Under the pieces are notes generated by a model. That model was not told where the DNA came from, searched no databases, and worked only from the letters and a program-made list of their open reading frames with translations. 64,000 bases of DNA from an uncultured Bacteroidales bacterium (GTDB taxonomy: Bacteria; Bacteroidota; Bacteroidia; Bacteroidales; VadinHA17), in assembly GCA_963813405.1 (NCBI GenBank), contig CAWEYU010000004.1, forward strand, positions 392,769-456,768, read 5' to 3'. This document shows, one piece after another, positions 27,989 through 37,543 of this stretch. Within the stretch, counting starts at the first letter, position 1, and each line of letters opens with the position of its first letter. Both the position numbers and the translations under genes were made by a program.

Positions 27989-29854
27989 TCATTTTATTTC
28001 TTTTACAAATGAATTGAAGGCTGCCATCTGATCTTCAGCAGATACTCCCCGTAAAAGTTTTGCAGCAGATGTAATGAATTCAACTTCAGAGAGTAGTTTA
28101 GTATTTTTCCTGATCCATTCCCTGGTATCCCCAACTTTGCCATACTCGGTCTCTTCCTTCAGAAGTTTTTCTGAAAGTTTTACGAAATCTACTCTTCCGA
28201 AATAATCATACAGGGCATCATGCAGAATATGATCCGGGATCGTTTCGAGGTTATGACAAAAAGAGTTGGTAATTAGTTTTTTAGCAGCATCAGCATTTTG
28301 TCTGGTAAAGCCATATTTCGGTATCACTTCTTCCATGATCTGGCAAGATCCTTCCATTGCCCTGTCATAATCAGATATAAAACCCGTGAATAAAAAGATT
28401 GCGGCAAGCTTAAGATCAATATAATCCTCATTGTCAAGTTTTTCTGCATTAGACAGCAGGTCCACCTGGTTGACTACATTTTTCGCATATGAAGCATTGT
28501 GAAAATAGAGGTTCGGAGGGGCCTCCTCATCGTACATTTTGAGGACAAATTCTTCCACATCCTGAAGTTTTATTAGCTGCATCTTAATAAGGAACTTCTT
28601 ATTGGGATTATTATTTTCATCTCTCAGATCATCGATAATCCCATTAACAAAGTACATGTCAAGTTCTCCTTTATATTTTACTGGCATTTTCCCCCTGTGC
28701 TCACAAATAAAAAAGTCTTTTACAAATTCGTAAGTTGTACCTGATATATTAATTTTCCCTGCGTCCCCCGAAGATTCCATTCTGCTTGCAGTATTGACTG
28801 TATCGCCCCAGATATCGTAGGATAGTTTCTTCTGCCCGACAACTCCGGCAACGACAGTTCCCGTATGAATACCAATCCTTATATCCCAGAATTTCATTCC
28901 CTCGATCTCTGAAGTCGTCTTCAGGTTTAACATGTACTGTTGCATTTCAAGTGCGGCAAGAATAACCTCAACCGGATTGGTCCTGTTTTTTTCAGGGATC
29001 CCCCCTGCACACATATATGCATCGCCGATAGTTTTAATTTTTTCAATTCTGAATTTTTCAACTACAGAGTCAAAATGAAAAAAGAATTTATCCAGCTCAT
29101 CTATAAGGATTTCAGGATTCATCTCCTCAGCAATTTTTGTAAATCCCTGTATATCAGAAAACAGAACAGTAACAAAGTTATATTTGATCTTCGTCGCTTT
29201 GCCCTTGGCCATAATTTCCGCTGCTGTATTCTTCGGCAGCACATTCGACAAGAGAGTCTCTGTTTTTTCCTTTTCACGGATGAGATCTTCAGTCCTGTTA
29301 TTAATAATCTGTTCAAGTGAGTACTGTATGCGTGCAAATCTGAAGTTTAACTGATCATACAATGCCCAGATAATAATCAAAACAAGCATAAAGTAGACTA
29401 CTATGGCCGGGAGAGAGAGGTACCATTTTGGTAAAACGGTGAAAGAGATGGAATCCATTGACCCAACCCTCAAATCAGGGCCCCTGTATCTCACATTAAA
29501 AACATAATGTCCGGTATATAAATTAGTATATTCCTTGAAAGTATATTTTTGCCATGGACTCCATACATCGCTAAATCCGTTGAGCATGAACTGGTATTCA
29601 AGTGGCCTGTCAGCTTCAATTTCAAAAGCAATATTATTGTTTTTGTGCCTGAGCCTGAGTTTATTCTGAAAAACAATCTGATTATCTTTGGTTAATGAAG
29701 AAGGAAGCAGAATTGAATCATTATTGATTATAATATAGGAGATAACAGGGACACTTTCCTGATGAAATACTGAATTTCCGGACAATTCCCACTGACTCAT
29801 TGCCATAAAGACAACAACTATGCAAAGAAGGATTCTTTTAAAAAAATCAAGCAT
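27989..29854 (-). CDS. Membrane-anchored class III (adenylate-type) cyclase: signal - Y_Y_Y - TM - cyclase - degenerate HD domain
   Basis: Y_Y_Y (YQFMLNGF...W..W...KEYTNL..GHYVFNV); TM LPAIVVYFMLVLIIIWAL; FSDIQGFT, EKIKTIGDAYMC, YDIWGDTVNTASRMES; HD-like tail lacking the HD dyad. Confidence 0.85.
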   Translation of the reverse strand: MLDFFKRILLCIVVVFMAMSQWELSGNSVFHQESVPVISYIIINNDSILLPSSLTKDNQIVFQNKLRLRHKNNNIAFEIEADRPLEYQFMLNGFSDVWSPWQKYTFKEYTNLYTGHYVFNVRYRGPDLRVGSMDSISFTVLPKWYLSLPAIVVYFMLVLIIIWALYDQLNFRFARIQYSLEQIINNRTEDLIREKEKTETLLSNVLPKNTAAEIMAKGKATKIKYNFVTVLFSDIQGFTKIAEEMNPEILIDELDKFFFHFDSVVEKFRIEKIKTIGDAYMCAGGIPEKNRTNPVEVILAALEMQQYMLNLKTTSEIEGMKFWDIRIGIHTGTVVAGVVGQKKLSYDIWGDTVNTASRMESSGDAGKINISGTTYEFVKDFFICEHRGKMPVKYKGELDMYFVNGIIDDLRDENNNPNKKFLIKMQLIKLQDVEEFVLKMYDEEAPPNLYFHNASYAKNVVNQVDLLSNAEKLDNEDYIDLKLAAIFLFTGFISDYDRAMEGSCQIMEEVIPKYGFTRQNADAAKKLITNSFCHNLETIPDHILHDALYDYFGRVDFVKLSEKLLKEETEYGKVGDTREWIRKNTKLLSEVEFITSAAKLLRGVSAEDQMAAFNSFVKEIK

Positions 29855-29957
29855 GAAAAAATGATGCTTTATTTAAACCAAATGTAATACTTAATAAAGT
29901 CAGGTCAAAAGGAAAGACCATTTTTGACTACTTTTACTGCAAAATCCAGGAAATGCC

Positions 29958-30560
29958 ATGCAGATAGTTTTCGCAACAAATAATGAACATAAATTGTCAG
30001 AAATTAGTGACCTTCTTGGAGACAGTTTTACTCTTTTGACGCTTGAGGATGCAGGCATTGCAGAGGATATTCCTGAAGATATGCCAACCCTTGAAGGAAA
30101 TGCTTTGTTTAAGGCAAAGTATATTTACAAAATAACCGGCCTGAATGTTTTTGCAGATGATACAGGACTTGAAATTGAAGCGCTGGGTGGCGAGCCGGGA
30201 GTTCATTCAGCCAGGTTTGCCGGGAAGGAAAAAGACTTCCATGCCAATACAGAAAAAGTGCTTAAACTTATGGAGGGCAAAAATAGCAGGAAAGCGAAAT
30301 TCAGAACTGTCATAGCTCTCATTATCAACGGATCGGAATTCCTTTTTGAAGGGACTGTTTCAGGGACCATACTTCACAATGAACGAGGGTCCGGAGGATT
30401 TGGATACGATCCGATTTTTGTTCCCGAGGGTAAAAAAAGGAGCTTTGCAGAAATGTCACTAAATGAAAAAAACCTGATCTCGCACCGTGCAAGAGCTTTT
30501 AGAAAATTAAAGTTGTTTTTATCCCAAAACCCGGCTACTGACAATAAAAAGATAAATTAG
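29958..30560 (+). CDS. rdgB: Non-canonical purine NTP pyrophosphatase (RdgB/HAM1)
   Basis: FATNNEHK, ADDTGLE..ALGGEPGVHSARF, GFGYDPIF, KNLISHRARA. Confidence 0.95.
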   Translation: MQIVFATNNEHKLSEISDLLGDSFTLLTLEDAGIAEDIPEDMPTLEGNALFKAKYIYKITGLNVFADDTGLEIEALGGEPGVHSARFAGKEKDFHANTEKVLKLMEGKNSRKAKFRTVIALIINGSEFLFEGTVSGTILHNERGSGGFGYDPIFVPEGKKRSFAEMSLNEKNLISHRARAFRKLKLFLSQNPATDNKKIN

Positions 30561-30574
30561 CTGTTTGTTTTTCA

Positions 30575-32863
30575 ATGGCAAGATACCTGTTAATCATATT
30601 ATTCCTTATCCCGGTAGAAGCAGTTTTTCCACAAGCTCCTGTCGGAGCCTGGACAGACCATCTCTCGTATAATTCTGCAAGAAATATTGCAATCGGAAAT
30701 AATGTGATCTACGCATCAACAGGATCTTCAATAATAATCTATAACAAGATTGATGATGAGCTTAAAAAACTTACACGCATTCAGGGACTTTCGGAAACGG
30801 GCATTGGTTCAATCGGCTACTCACAGGAATTTAACTCTCTTATAATATCCTACATCAGTGCCAACATCGACCTGGTTACAAATAATATTGTTTATAATAT
30901 TGCTGACATCAAAAGAAAATATATCCCTGGGAAGAAGGAGATCTACAGAATAAAAACAAAAGGCAAATATGCATATCTGGCAAGCAGTTTTGGAATTGTT
31001 GTTCTGGATATTTCAAAACAGGAGATATATGATACATGGAGGCCAGGTACAAATGGAGTGACTGCAGAGGTATATGACATATCTTTCGGGACAGATAAAA
31101 TTTATGCTGCTACCAGTTCAGGTGTTTATTTTGCCGATCCATTAAGTCCGGGTCTGTCATACTACGCCAACTGGAATAAAATAACCTCATTGCATGCCTC
31201 TTCAGGCACATATAATGCAGTTGTGGTTACCGGCAGCAAAATCTATGTTAACAGGGCTTTACAGTCTGCAAAAGGTGATTCAGTTTTTGTTATTGAAAAT
31301 GGTGCCTCACTATTTTCCTATCAGCCCGGAATAATTAACAAATCGTTTGACAATTACAATGGTGGTTTTACAATCTCTTCTCAGAAATCTGTAAGAATTT
31401 ATAACGATGCAGGATCGTTGTTAAAAACTATTTCTTCATATGGTTCCGGAACACCTGATGTTTCACAGGCTATTGTTGAGGGTGCAGACATCTGGATTGC
31501 AGATATCAGTGCTGGTTTTATTAAGGGGGAGAACATGACATCATTCACAAATCTGGTCATACCAGGGCCGTATACGAATAATGTGACAAATATTTCCAAC
31601 TCAAACGGGAAAACTTTTATTGCCGGAGGTGCCGTCGATAATTCCTGGACAAATCTCTGGCTTGATCTGCAGGTTTTTATCCAGGAGAATAATTCGTGGA
31701 AATCAATAATATCTGGCACAACCAAAGACGCTATGAGGGTTTTAGCCGATCCGGATAATAATAACCATTTTTTTGTATCCACATGGGGCGGTGGATTACT
31801 TGAGTATGACAATAATACGGAGATTAATAAATATGATGATTCAAACTCTCCTCTTAAGACAATTATTCCCGGTCAGCCATATTCAAGGATCTGCGGACTG
31901 GCAATGGATAAATCCCGTAATCTCTGGATAACACAGTCGGGGTTATCTACAGGCAGCATAAAAGTACTTAAACCAGACCGTACATGGATAACGTATCCGG
32001 TTACAATAAATGCACCAATAACAGGAGATATTGTTATTTCCAGATCGGGATATAAATGGATTAGTCTTCCAAAGGGGCCCGGATTGTTCATTCTTGATGA
32101 CAACAATACCCCGGAAAATTTTAATGATGACAGATATAAATTATTGCTTGTAAAGGATGCTGAAGGGAATGTTCTATCAAATGTTTACTCTCTCGCGGAA
32201 GATCTTGATGGAAACATTTGGATTGGTACTGACCAGGGACCTGCTGTATATTATAATACTGATCACATATTTGATCAGGATCCAAGAGCCTATCGTATAA
32301 TAATCCCAAGGAACGATGGAACGGGGTTGGGTGACTACCTGCTTAAATCTGAAATAATAACAGCAATCGCAATTGATGGAGCCAACAGAAAATGGCTTGG
32401 CACTTCCACCTCAGGAGCTTACTTGCTTTCAGCTGATGGCTTGCAAAAGCTGGTAAATTATACTGAGGATAACAGCCCGCTATATTCAAATAGCGTTGTA
32501 AGCATCGCAATTGACAGCAAATCAGGAGAGGTGTGGTTCGGGACACCCAAAGGTGTAATTTCCGAACGGGGTGATGCTACAGCAGGTGATGCAAAATTTA
32601 AAAGTGTTTACACATTCCCCAATCCGGTAAGATCAGACTACACAGGAAATGTAACTATAACGGGGCTAATGAGGGATTCCAGGATTAAAATCACAGATAT
32701 CAGCGGTAACCTTGTTTATGAAACAGTCTCTGATGGGGGCCAGGCAACCTGGAACCTTAAAACATATAATGGGGAAAGGGTCTCCACCGGTGTTTATATA
32801 GTTTTTTGTGCATCACCTGATGGATCTGCTTCTGCTGTTACAAAAATGCTGGTAATAAAATAG
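30575..32863 (+). CDS. porZ: PorZ-like T9SS beta-propeller protein with type A CTD
   Basis: GAWTDHLSY N-terminus, propeller repeats (DLDGNIWIGT, IDGANRKWLGT), C-terminal FPNPV...IKITDISGNLVYE...GGQATWN...STGVY. Confidence 0.8.
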   Translation: MARYLLIILFLIPVEAVFPQAPVGAWTDHLSYNSARNIAIGNNVIYASTGSSIIIYNKIDDELKKLTRIQGLSETGIGSIGYSQEFNSLIISYISANIDLVTNNIVYNIADIKRKYIPGKKEIYRIKTKGKYAYLASSFGIVVLDISKQEIYDTWRPGTNGVTAEVYDISFGTDKIYAATSSGVYFADPLSPGLSYYANWNKITSLHASSGTYNAVVVTGSKIYVNRALQSAKGDSVFVIENGASLFSYQPGIINKSFDNYNGGFTISSQKSVRIYNDAGSLLKTISSYGSGTPDVSQAIVEGADIWIADISAGFIKGENMTSFTNLVIPGPYTNNVTNISNSNGKTFIAGGAVDNSWTNLWLDLQVFIQENNSWKSIISGTTKDAMRVLADPDNNNHFFVSTWGGGLLEYDNNTEINKYDDSNSPLKTIIPGQPYSRICGLAMDKSRNLWITQSGLSTGSIKVLKPDRTWITYPVTINAPITGDIVISRSGYKWISLPKGPGLFILDDNNTPENFNDDRYKLLLVKDAEGNVLSNVYSLAEDLDGNIWIGTDQGPAVYYNTDHIFDQDPRAYRIIIPRNDGTGLGDYLLKSEIITAIAIDGANRKWLGTSTSGAYLLSADGLQKLVNYTEDNSPLYSNSVVSIAIDSKSGEVWFGTPKGVISERGDATAGDAKFKSVYTFPNPVRSDYTGNVTITGLMRDSRIKITDISGNLVYETVSDGGQATWNLKTYNGERVSTGVYIVFCASPDGSASAVTKMLVIK

Positions 32864-32866
32864 AGA

Positions 32867-32970
32867 AAGTGCCTAAAGTGACTAGAGTGCCTAAAGTACT
32901 TAGAGTTTTTTAACTTTAGTCACTCCAAACTCTAGCTCACTCCAAACTTCTTTTCACTCTAGGCACTCTA
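32867..32970. repeat. 9-bp-periodic inverted repeat between convergent genes
   Basis: AAGTGCCTA AAGTGACTA GAGTGCCTA AAGTACTTA followed by complementary units (ACTTTAGTC...ACTCTAGGC ACTCTA). Confidence 0.75.
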
Positions 32971-34359
32971 AACTTGTATAAGACTCTGTATTCTTTCAAT
33001 CTGAAGCTGTTTGTTTACTTCACGCAAACTTCTTGCTGTATTTGTAAAATATTGATGCCCGGTTATAAATTTAACCTGTATCTTATTCCAGTCGTTCAAT
33101 GTGCCGATCTTATTCTGCGCTTTCAGTTCCTCGTACAAAGTGTTGGAAACCGGTATGAAATCACTTCGCCCCAGGTAATCCAGGTCTGAATCACAAATTA
33201 TTTCTTCAAGAAGGTTGGTTGGCTTTGGAGGGAGCTTGGTTGACATAATTATTTCGCAGATCCGATCAATCTGTCCGGAAGTATAATTAAACTTCGGAAG
33301 CATCTCCCTCGCCAGCAGGGTACCATAATACTCATGATTGTCATATGCCACAGTGTGACCTGCATCGTGGAAAAGGCCGGCAGTTTTAAGCAGAAGTATC
33401 TCCTCATCACTGCAGCCTTCACCCCAGCCAATGAGCTCAACCTCGGTTACAACGTCTACTGTATGTTTCACATTATGGTAAAACAGGTTTTCAGGAAGTT
33501 CCTTTTCAAGCTTATCGAGTATTATTTCCTGGATATCAGTAAACTGGATAAGTCCGAATTTTATTCTGAATGACGAATTAGGTGTTTGTCCATCTTCGTT
33601 TTCAGAATATTCCGGTTTTATCCCCTTCACTCTGTACATCTGCAGATCGCCCTTATATTTTACAGGAAGCTTTCCAAAATATTCACAATCAAAAAACTCC
33701 TTTATAAGCTCATATGTCATCACTGAAATAAGAATGATCCCATTTTCCGAAACAGCCTCAATCCTGCTGGCAGTGTTAACCGTATCGCCTTTAATATCAT
33801 AAGTGATCTTTTTCTTTCCTGTAATTGAAGCAGTCACAGGTCCGGTGTGTATCCCAATTTTTAATTCCCAGATACGGTTTTCAATCCCCCGTTTCTCTCT
33901 TTCATACTTTTCGAGGAAATTTCGCATCTCAATTGCAGCCATCACTACATCAATGGGATTAGTGATATTCTTTTCAGGAATACCTCCTGCACACATGTAT
34001 GTGTCGCCGATCGTTTTAATTTTCTCAATTTTATATCTGCTGGAAATAATATCAAATTCATAAAGGATTTCATCAAGCTCATCCATAATAATAGTTGATT
34101 CCAGACCTTCAATAAGCTTTGAAAATCCGTGAATGTCAGCGAAGAGAACTGTGGTCATATTAAATTTCAATGACCTTTCTTTTCCCTCTTTTGCTAACTC
34201 TGCTGGCACCTTTTCGCTGACAGATCTGAATTTCTCAATATCCCTGGTCAGCTTTTCATTTATTTTCTCAAGTTTCTTTAATTGCTCCTCAAGATCCTGG
34301 TTTTGCTTAGCAAGCTTTGAAATCCGTTTTACAAGTTCTTCGTTATTGATAGCGATCAT
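32968..34359 (-). CDS. Soluble class III (adenylate-type) cyclase fused to an intact HD-domain phosphohydrolase
   Basis: N-terminal coiled coil; FADIHGFS, EKIKTIGDTYMC, YDIKGDTVNTASR; HD motifs YHNVKHT, LFHDAGH, NHE, CDSDLDYLG. Confidence 0.88.
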   Translation of the reverse strand: MIAINNEELVKRISKLAKQNQDLEEQLKKLEKINEKLTRDIEKFRSVSEKVPAELAKEGKERSLKFNMTTVLFADIHGFSKLIEGLESTIIMDELDEILYEFDIISSRYKIEKIKTIGDTYMCAGGIPEKNITNPIDVVMAAIEMRNFLEKYEREKRGIENRIWELKIGIHTGPVTASITGKKKITYDIKGDTVNTASRIEAVSENGIILISVMTYELIKEFFDCEYFGKLPVKYKGDLQMYRVKGIKPEYSENEDGQTPNSSFRIKFGLIQFTDIQEIILDKLEKELPENLFYHNVKHTVDVVTEVELIGWGEGCSDEEILLLKTAGLFHDAGHTVAYDNHEYYGTLLAREMLPKFNYTSGQIDRICEIIMSTKLPPKPTNLLEEIICDSDLDYLGRSDFIPVSNTLYEELKAQNKIGTLNDWNKIQVKFITGHQYFTNTARSLREVNKQLQIERIQSLIQV

Positions 34360-34461
34360 TTCTGGCGAGTTGATCAGTAAATATACATATTATAACTTAA
34401 ACTGTTCTGAACTTAATGAAACCTGAACCCAACATTTTGTATTTTTGAAAAAAGTCAGGGA

Positions 34462-35187
34462 ATGATCGAGAAGACAGGTGCAATAGTACTCCATCAGCTG
34501 AAATATACCGATAATGGTATTATAGTTCAGGTTTATACCCGAAAATTCGGGAGACTTTCAGTTCTGATAAAAGGTATACGGAATAAAAAAACCGGACGAC
34601 ATAATATTCATTTTCAACCCCTTTCTATACTTGATCTGGTTGTTTATTTCAAAGCATCCCGTGGAGTACAGATACTGAAAGAATTCTCAGTCGCATATTC
34701 GCCTGCAGACATTCAGAGTAATGTCAGAAAGAGCAGCATAGCGATATTCATAGCGGAGGTACTTAATTCTGTTCTTAAAGAGGAAAGTCCTCATGAAGAG
34801 TTATTTAATTATATAAATAATTCAATTATATATTTTAACGAATGTCATGACAGGTTTCTGAATTTTCATATTTCATTTCTGACAGGACTTTCACCTTTCC
34901 TGGGATTTGAGCCGGGAAAACGGGAAGATCCTGAACACACTTTTTTTGATATGATGAACGGATGTTTTGTACAGTTACCTCCGGTCCATGGTTATTATGC
35001 CAATGCAGATGTTTCTGAAATTCTTGCAAGATTCTTCACCACTTCCTGGGATAATATGGACAATATTAACCTTACCGGATCAAAGCGCAACGAAGTCTTG
35101 GAAACGCTTGTAAGGTATTATTCCCTTCATCTGCCGGGACTGAAAAAAATAAATTCTCTGGAGATTCTTAAAGAAGTTTTCCATTAG
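34462..35187 (+). CDS. recO: DNA repair protein RecO
   Basis: AIVLHQLKYTDNGIIV..YT..FGR, FQPLSILDL, C-terminal YYSLHLP...SLEILKEVF; TATTTTTG box at 34440-34447. Confidence 0.9.
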   Translation: MIEKTGAIVLHQLKYTDNGIIVQVYTRKFGRLSVLIKGIRNKKTGRHNIHFQPLSILDLVVYFKASRGVQILKEFSVAYSPADIQSNVRKSSIAIFIAEVLNSVLKEESPHEELFNYINNSIIYFNECHDRFLNFHISFLTGLSPFLGFEPGKREDPEHTFFDMMNGCFVQLPPVHGYYANADVSEILARFFTTSWDNMDNINLTGSKRNEVLETLVRYYSLHLPGLKKINSLEILKEVFH

Positions 35188-35293
35188 ATCACTGTCCCTT
35201 TTTTAGGACGAGTCAGTGAATCTTGAAATTGCGTATTAATAAATCTAGTCATCGTTTTTTATTATATTTAAGCTCTTATTCTACCAAGAAGTA

Positions 35294-36814
35294 ATGGCAA
35301 TTATCCCCGCTTTAGTAAACAGGCTGAATAACAAAAGAATAGGTCAAATAGAGTTATTCAAAAAGTATCCTGAGAAGACTCAGAATGAAGTCCTTTTCGG
35401 ATTACTTGCTAAAGCCTCTGATACTGAGTGGGGAAGGAAATACGACTACTCCTCAATTGGATCCATTAAAGACTTTCAGAGCCGGGTTAAGGTTCAGACA
35501 TATGAAGAAATAATCCCGTTTGTCGAGAGGCTCAGAAAGGGTGAACAAAACTTGCTATGGCCGGGGGAGACCAGGTGGTTTGCAAAGTCATCAGGAACTA
35601 CCAGCACAAAAAGTAAATTCATTCCCCTCAGCAGGGAATCACTCGAAGACTGTCATTACAGGGGTGCGAGGGATATGGTTGCAGTTTACACCAGGAATAA
35701 GCCTGACACTAAAATTTTTAAAGGGAAAAGTCTGATCCTTGGAGGCAGTCACAGGATAAACAATTTCAGCAATAATTCACTTTGTGGAGATCTTTCCGCG
35801 ATACTTTTAGAAAATGCTCCATTCTGGGTAAACCTTATCAGGACTCCCAGCACAAAAATAGCCCTGATGGAAGATTTTGAAGAAAAACTTAATCAGATCA
35901 CAAGGCTCACAGTTAATGAAAATGTGACTAATATTTCAGGAGTTCCTTCATGGTATCTTGTACTTATAAAACAAATCCTGGCATTCACAGGAAAGAAGAA
36001 CTTACGTGAAGTATGGCCCGGCCTCGAAATATTTTTCCATGGGGGAATTAGTTTTATTCCGTACCGGGAACAATTCATGAATTTTATACCCGGAGAGGGT
36101 ATGAACTACATGGAGTCATATAATGCTTCAGAGGGATTTTTCGGGCTGCAGGATGATCTTTCTACAAAAGACATGCTCCTTATGCTGGACCTTGGAGTCT
36201 TTTATGAATTCATACCATCGGATAAGATCAATTCAGATTCTCCTCCGGTTTATACTATAAGTGAAGTTGAGCCCGGCATAAATTATGCGATGGTTATTTC
36301 AACAAACGGAGGATTATGGAGGTATATGATTGGCGATACAATTGTCTTTACAAATCTCAGACCTTTCAAGTTTAAGATCTCAGGCAGGACTAAAGAGTTT
36401 ATAAATGCATTTGGTGAAGAGGTGATCTTTGATAATGTTGAAAAAGCACTTGAATTTGCGTGCAGTAAAACCGGGGCTCTGATAGCAGAATACACTGCAG
36501 GACCTGTTTTTATTGCAGCAAATACCAAGGGATCCCATGAATGGATAATTGAATTTGAAAAGGAGCCCGCCGATCTCTCAAATTTCACTGACCTTCTTGA
36601 CGAAGGACTTAAATCTGTCAACTCTGATTATGAAGCAAAACGATTCAAGGATCTGAACCTCATCAAACCTGTTGTAAGATCAGTTCCCAGTGGCACATTT
36701 TATAAATGGCTCAGAACAAAAAATAAACTGGGTGGCCAGAATAAAGTACCGAGATTATCAAATACGAGGGAATATATTGAAGACCTTTATTCTATAATTG
36801 GGAAAAATGACTAA
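35294..36814 (+). CDS. GH3 (auxin-responsive) family acyl-adenylating protein
   Basis: FAKSSGTTS.KSKFIP, YNASEGFF, GGLWRYMIGD, KLGGQNKVPRL. Confidence 0.92.
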   Translation: MAIIPALVNRLNNKRIGQIELFKKYPEKTQNEVLFGLLAKASDTEWGRKYDYSSIGSIKDFQSRVKVQTYEEIIPFVERLRKGEQNLLWPGETRWFAKSSGTTSTKSKFIPLSRESLEDCHYRGARDMVAVYTRNKPDTKIFKGKSLILGGSHRINNFSNNSLCGDLSAILLENAPFWVNLIRTPSTKIALMEDFEEKLNQITRLTVNENVTNISGVPSWYLVLIKQILAFTGKKNLREVWPGLEIFFHGGISFIPYREQFMNFIPGEGMNYMESYNASEGFFGLQDDLSTKDMLLMLDLGVFYEFIPSDKINSDSPPVYTISEVEPGINYAMVISTNGGLWRYMIGDTIVFTNLRPFKFKISGRTKEFINAFGEEVIFDNVEKALEFACSKTGALIAEYTAGPVFIAANTKGSHEWIIEFEKEPADLSNFTDLLDEGLKSVNSDYEAKRFKDLNLIKPVVRSVPSGTFYKWLRTKNKLGGQNKVPRLSNTREYIEDLYSIIGKND

Positions 36815-36862
36815 AGTCTCTATTTTTTTTTAATTTTATAATCTCTTTTAAAAAGCTTATTT

Positions 36863-37477
36863 ATGCATATAGCAATTGCCGGTAATATAGGATCCGGAAA
36901 AACAACACTCGCGGGTTTACTTGCAAAACAATATGGATGGGTGCCCCATTATGAAGATGTTGATGATAATCCTTATCTGAATGATTTTTACGAGGATATG
37001 CAACGGTGGTCTTTTAACCTTCAGATCTTTTTTCTAAACTCACGGTTCAGTCAGATACTCGATATAAGAAAATCCGATAAGACAATTGTCCAGGACAGGA
37101 CCATATATGAAGATGCGTACATTTTTGCACCAAACCTTCACTCAATGGGCCTGATGTCTACCAGAGACTATGATAACTATTTTACTTTATTCAAACTGAT
37201 GAGCTCCCTTATTCAGCCTCCTGACCTGATGTTGTATCTAAGGGCTTCTGTCCCCACCCTGGTAAATCAGATCCAGAAACGTGGCCGTGACTACGAAAGT
37301 TCAATAAGAATTGACTATCTCAAGAGACTGAATGAGAGGTATGAGGCATGGATAGAAACATATACTCTCGGAAAATTGCTTATTATTGAGGCTGATCATT
37401 ACAATTTTCCAAATAACAAGGACCATTTGAGTGAAGTCATCGATAAAATAAACGCTGAACTGCACGGACTGTTTTAA
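36863..37477 (+). CDS. Deoxynucleoside kinase
   Basis: IAGNIGSGKTT P-loop, QDRTIYED, IQKRGRDYE. Confidence 0.93.
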   Translation: MHIAIAGNIGSGKTTLAGLLAKQYGWVPHYEDVDDNPYLNDFYEDMQRWSFNLQIFFLNSRFSQILDIRKSDKTIVQDRTIYEDAYIFAPNLHSMGLMSTRDYDNYFTLFKLMSSLIQPPDLMLYLRASVPTLVNQIQKRGRDYESSIRIDYLKRLNERYEAWIETYTLGKLLIIEADHYNFPNNKDHLSEVIDKINAELHGLF

Positions 37478-37485
37478 AAAAAGTA

Positions 37486-37509
37486 AAGCGAAGTCCGGAG
37501 ACTTCGCTT
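37486..37509. terminator. Bidirectional hairpin terminator between convergent genes
   Basis: AAGCGAAGTC-CGGA-GACTTCGCTT perfect 10-bp stem with A/T-rich flanks. Confidence 0.7.
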
Positions 37510-37543
37510 ATCACTTTTATAGCAGATAGCACTCAATAATCTT

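Noticed and set aside
27989-34359. Pycsar or CBASS-type defence system
   Set aside because: The cyclases have adenine-type specificity residues, lack an adjacent cNMP-binding or TM effector gene, and sit among housekeeping genes
35294-36814. Plant-type GH3 auxin gene as a horizontal transfer
   Set aside because: GH3-family genes are common in Bacteroidota and this one lies in a housekeeping context
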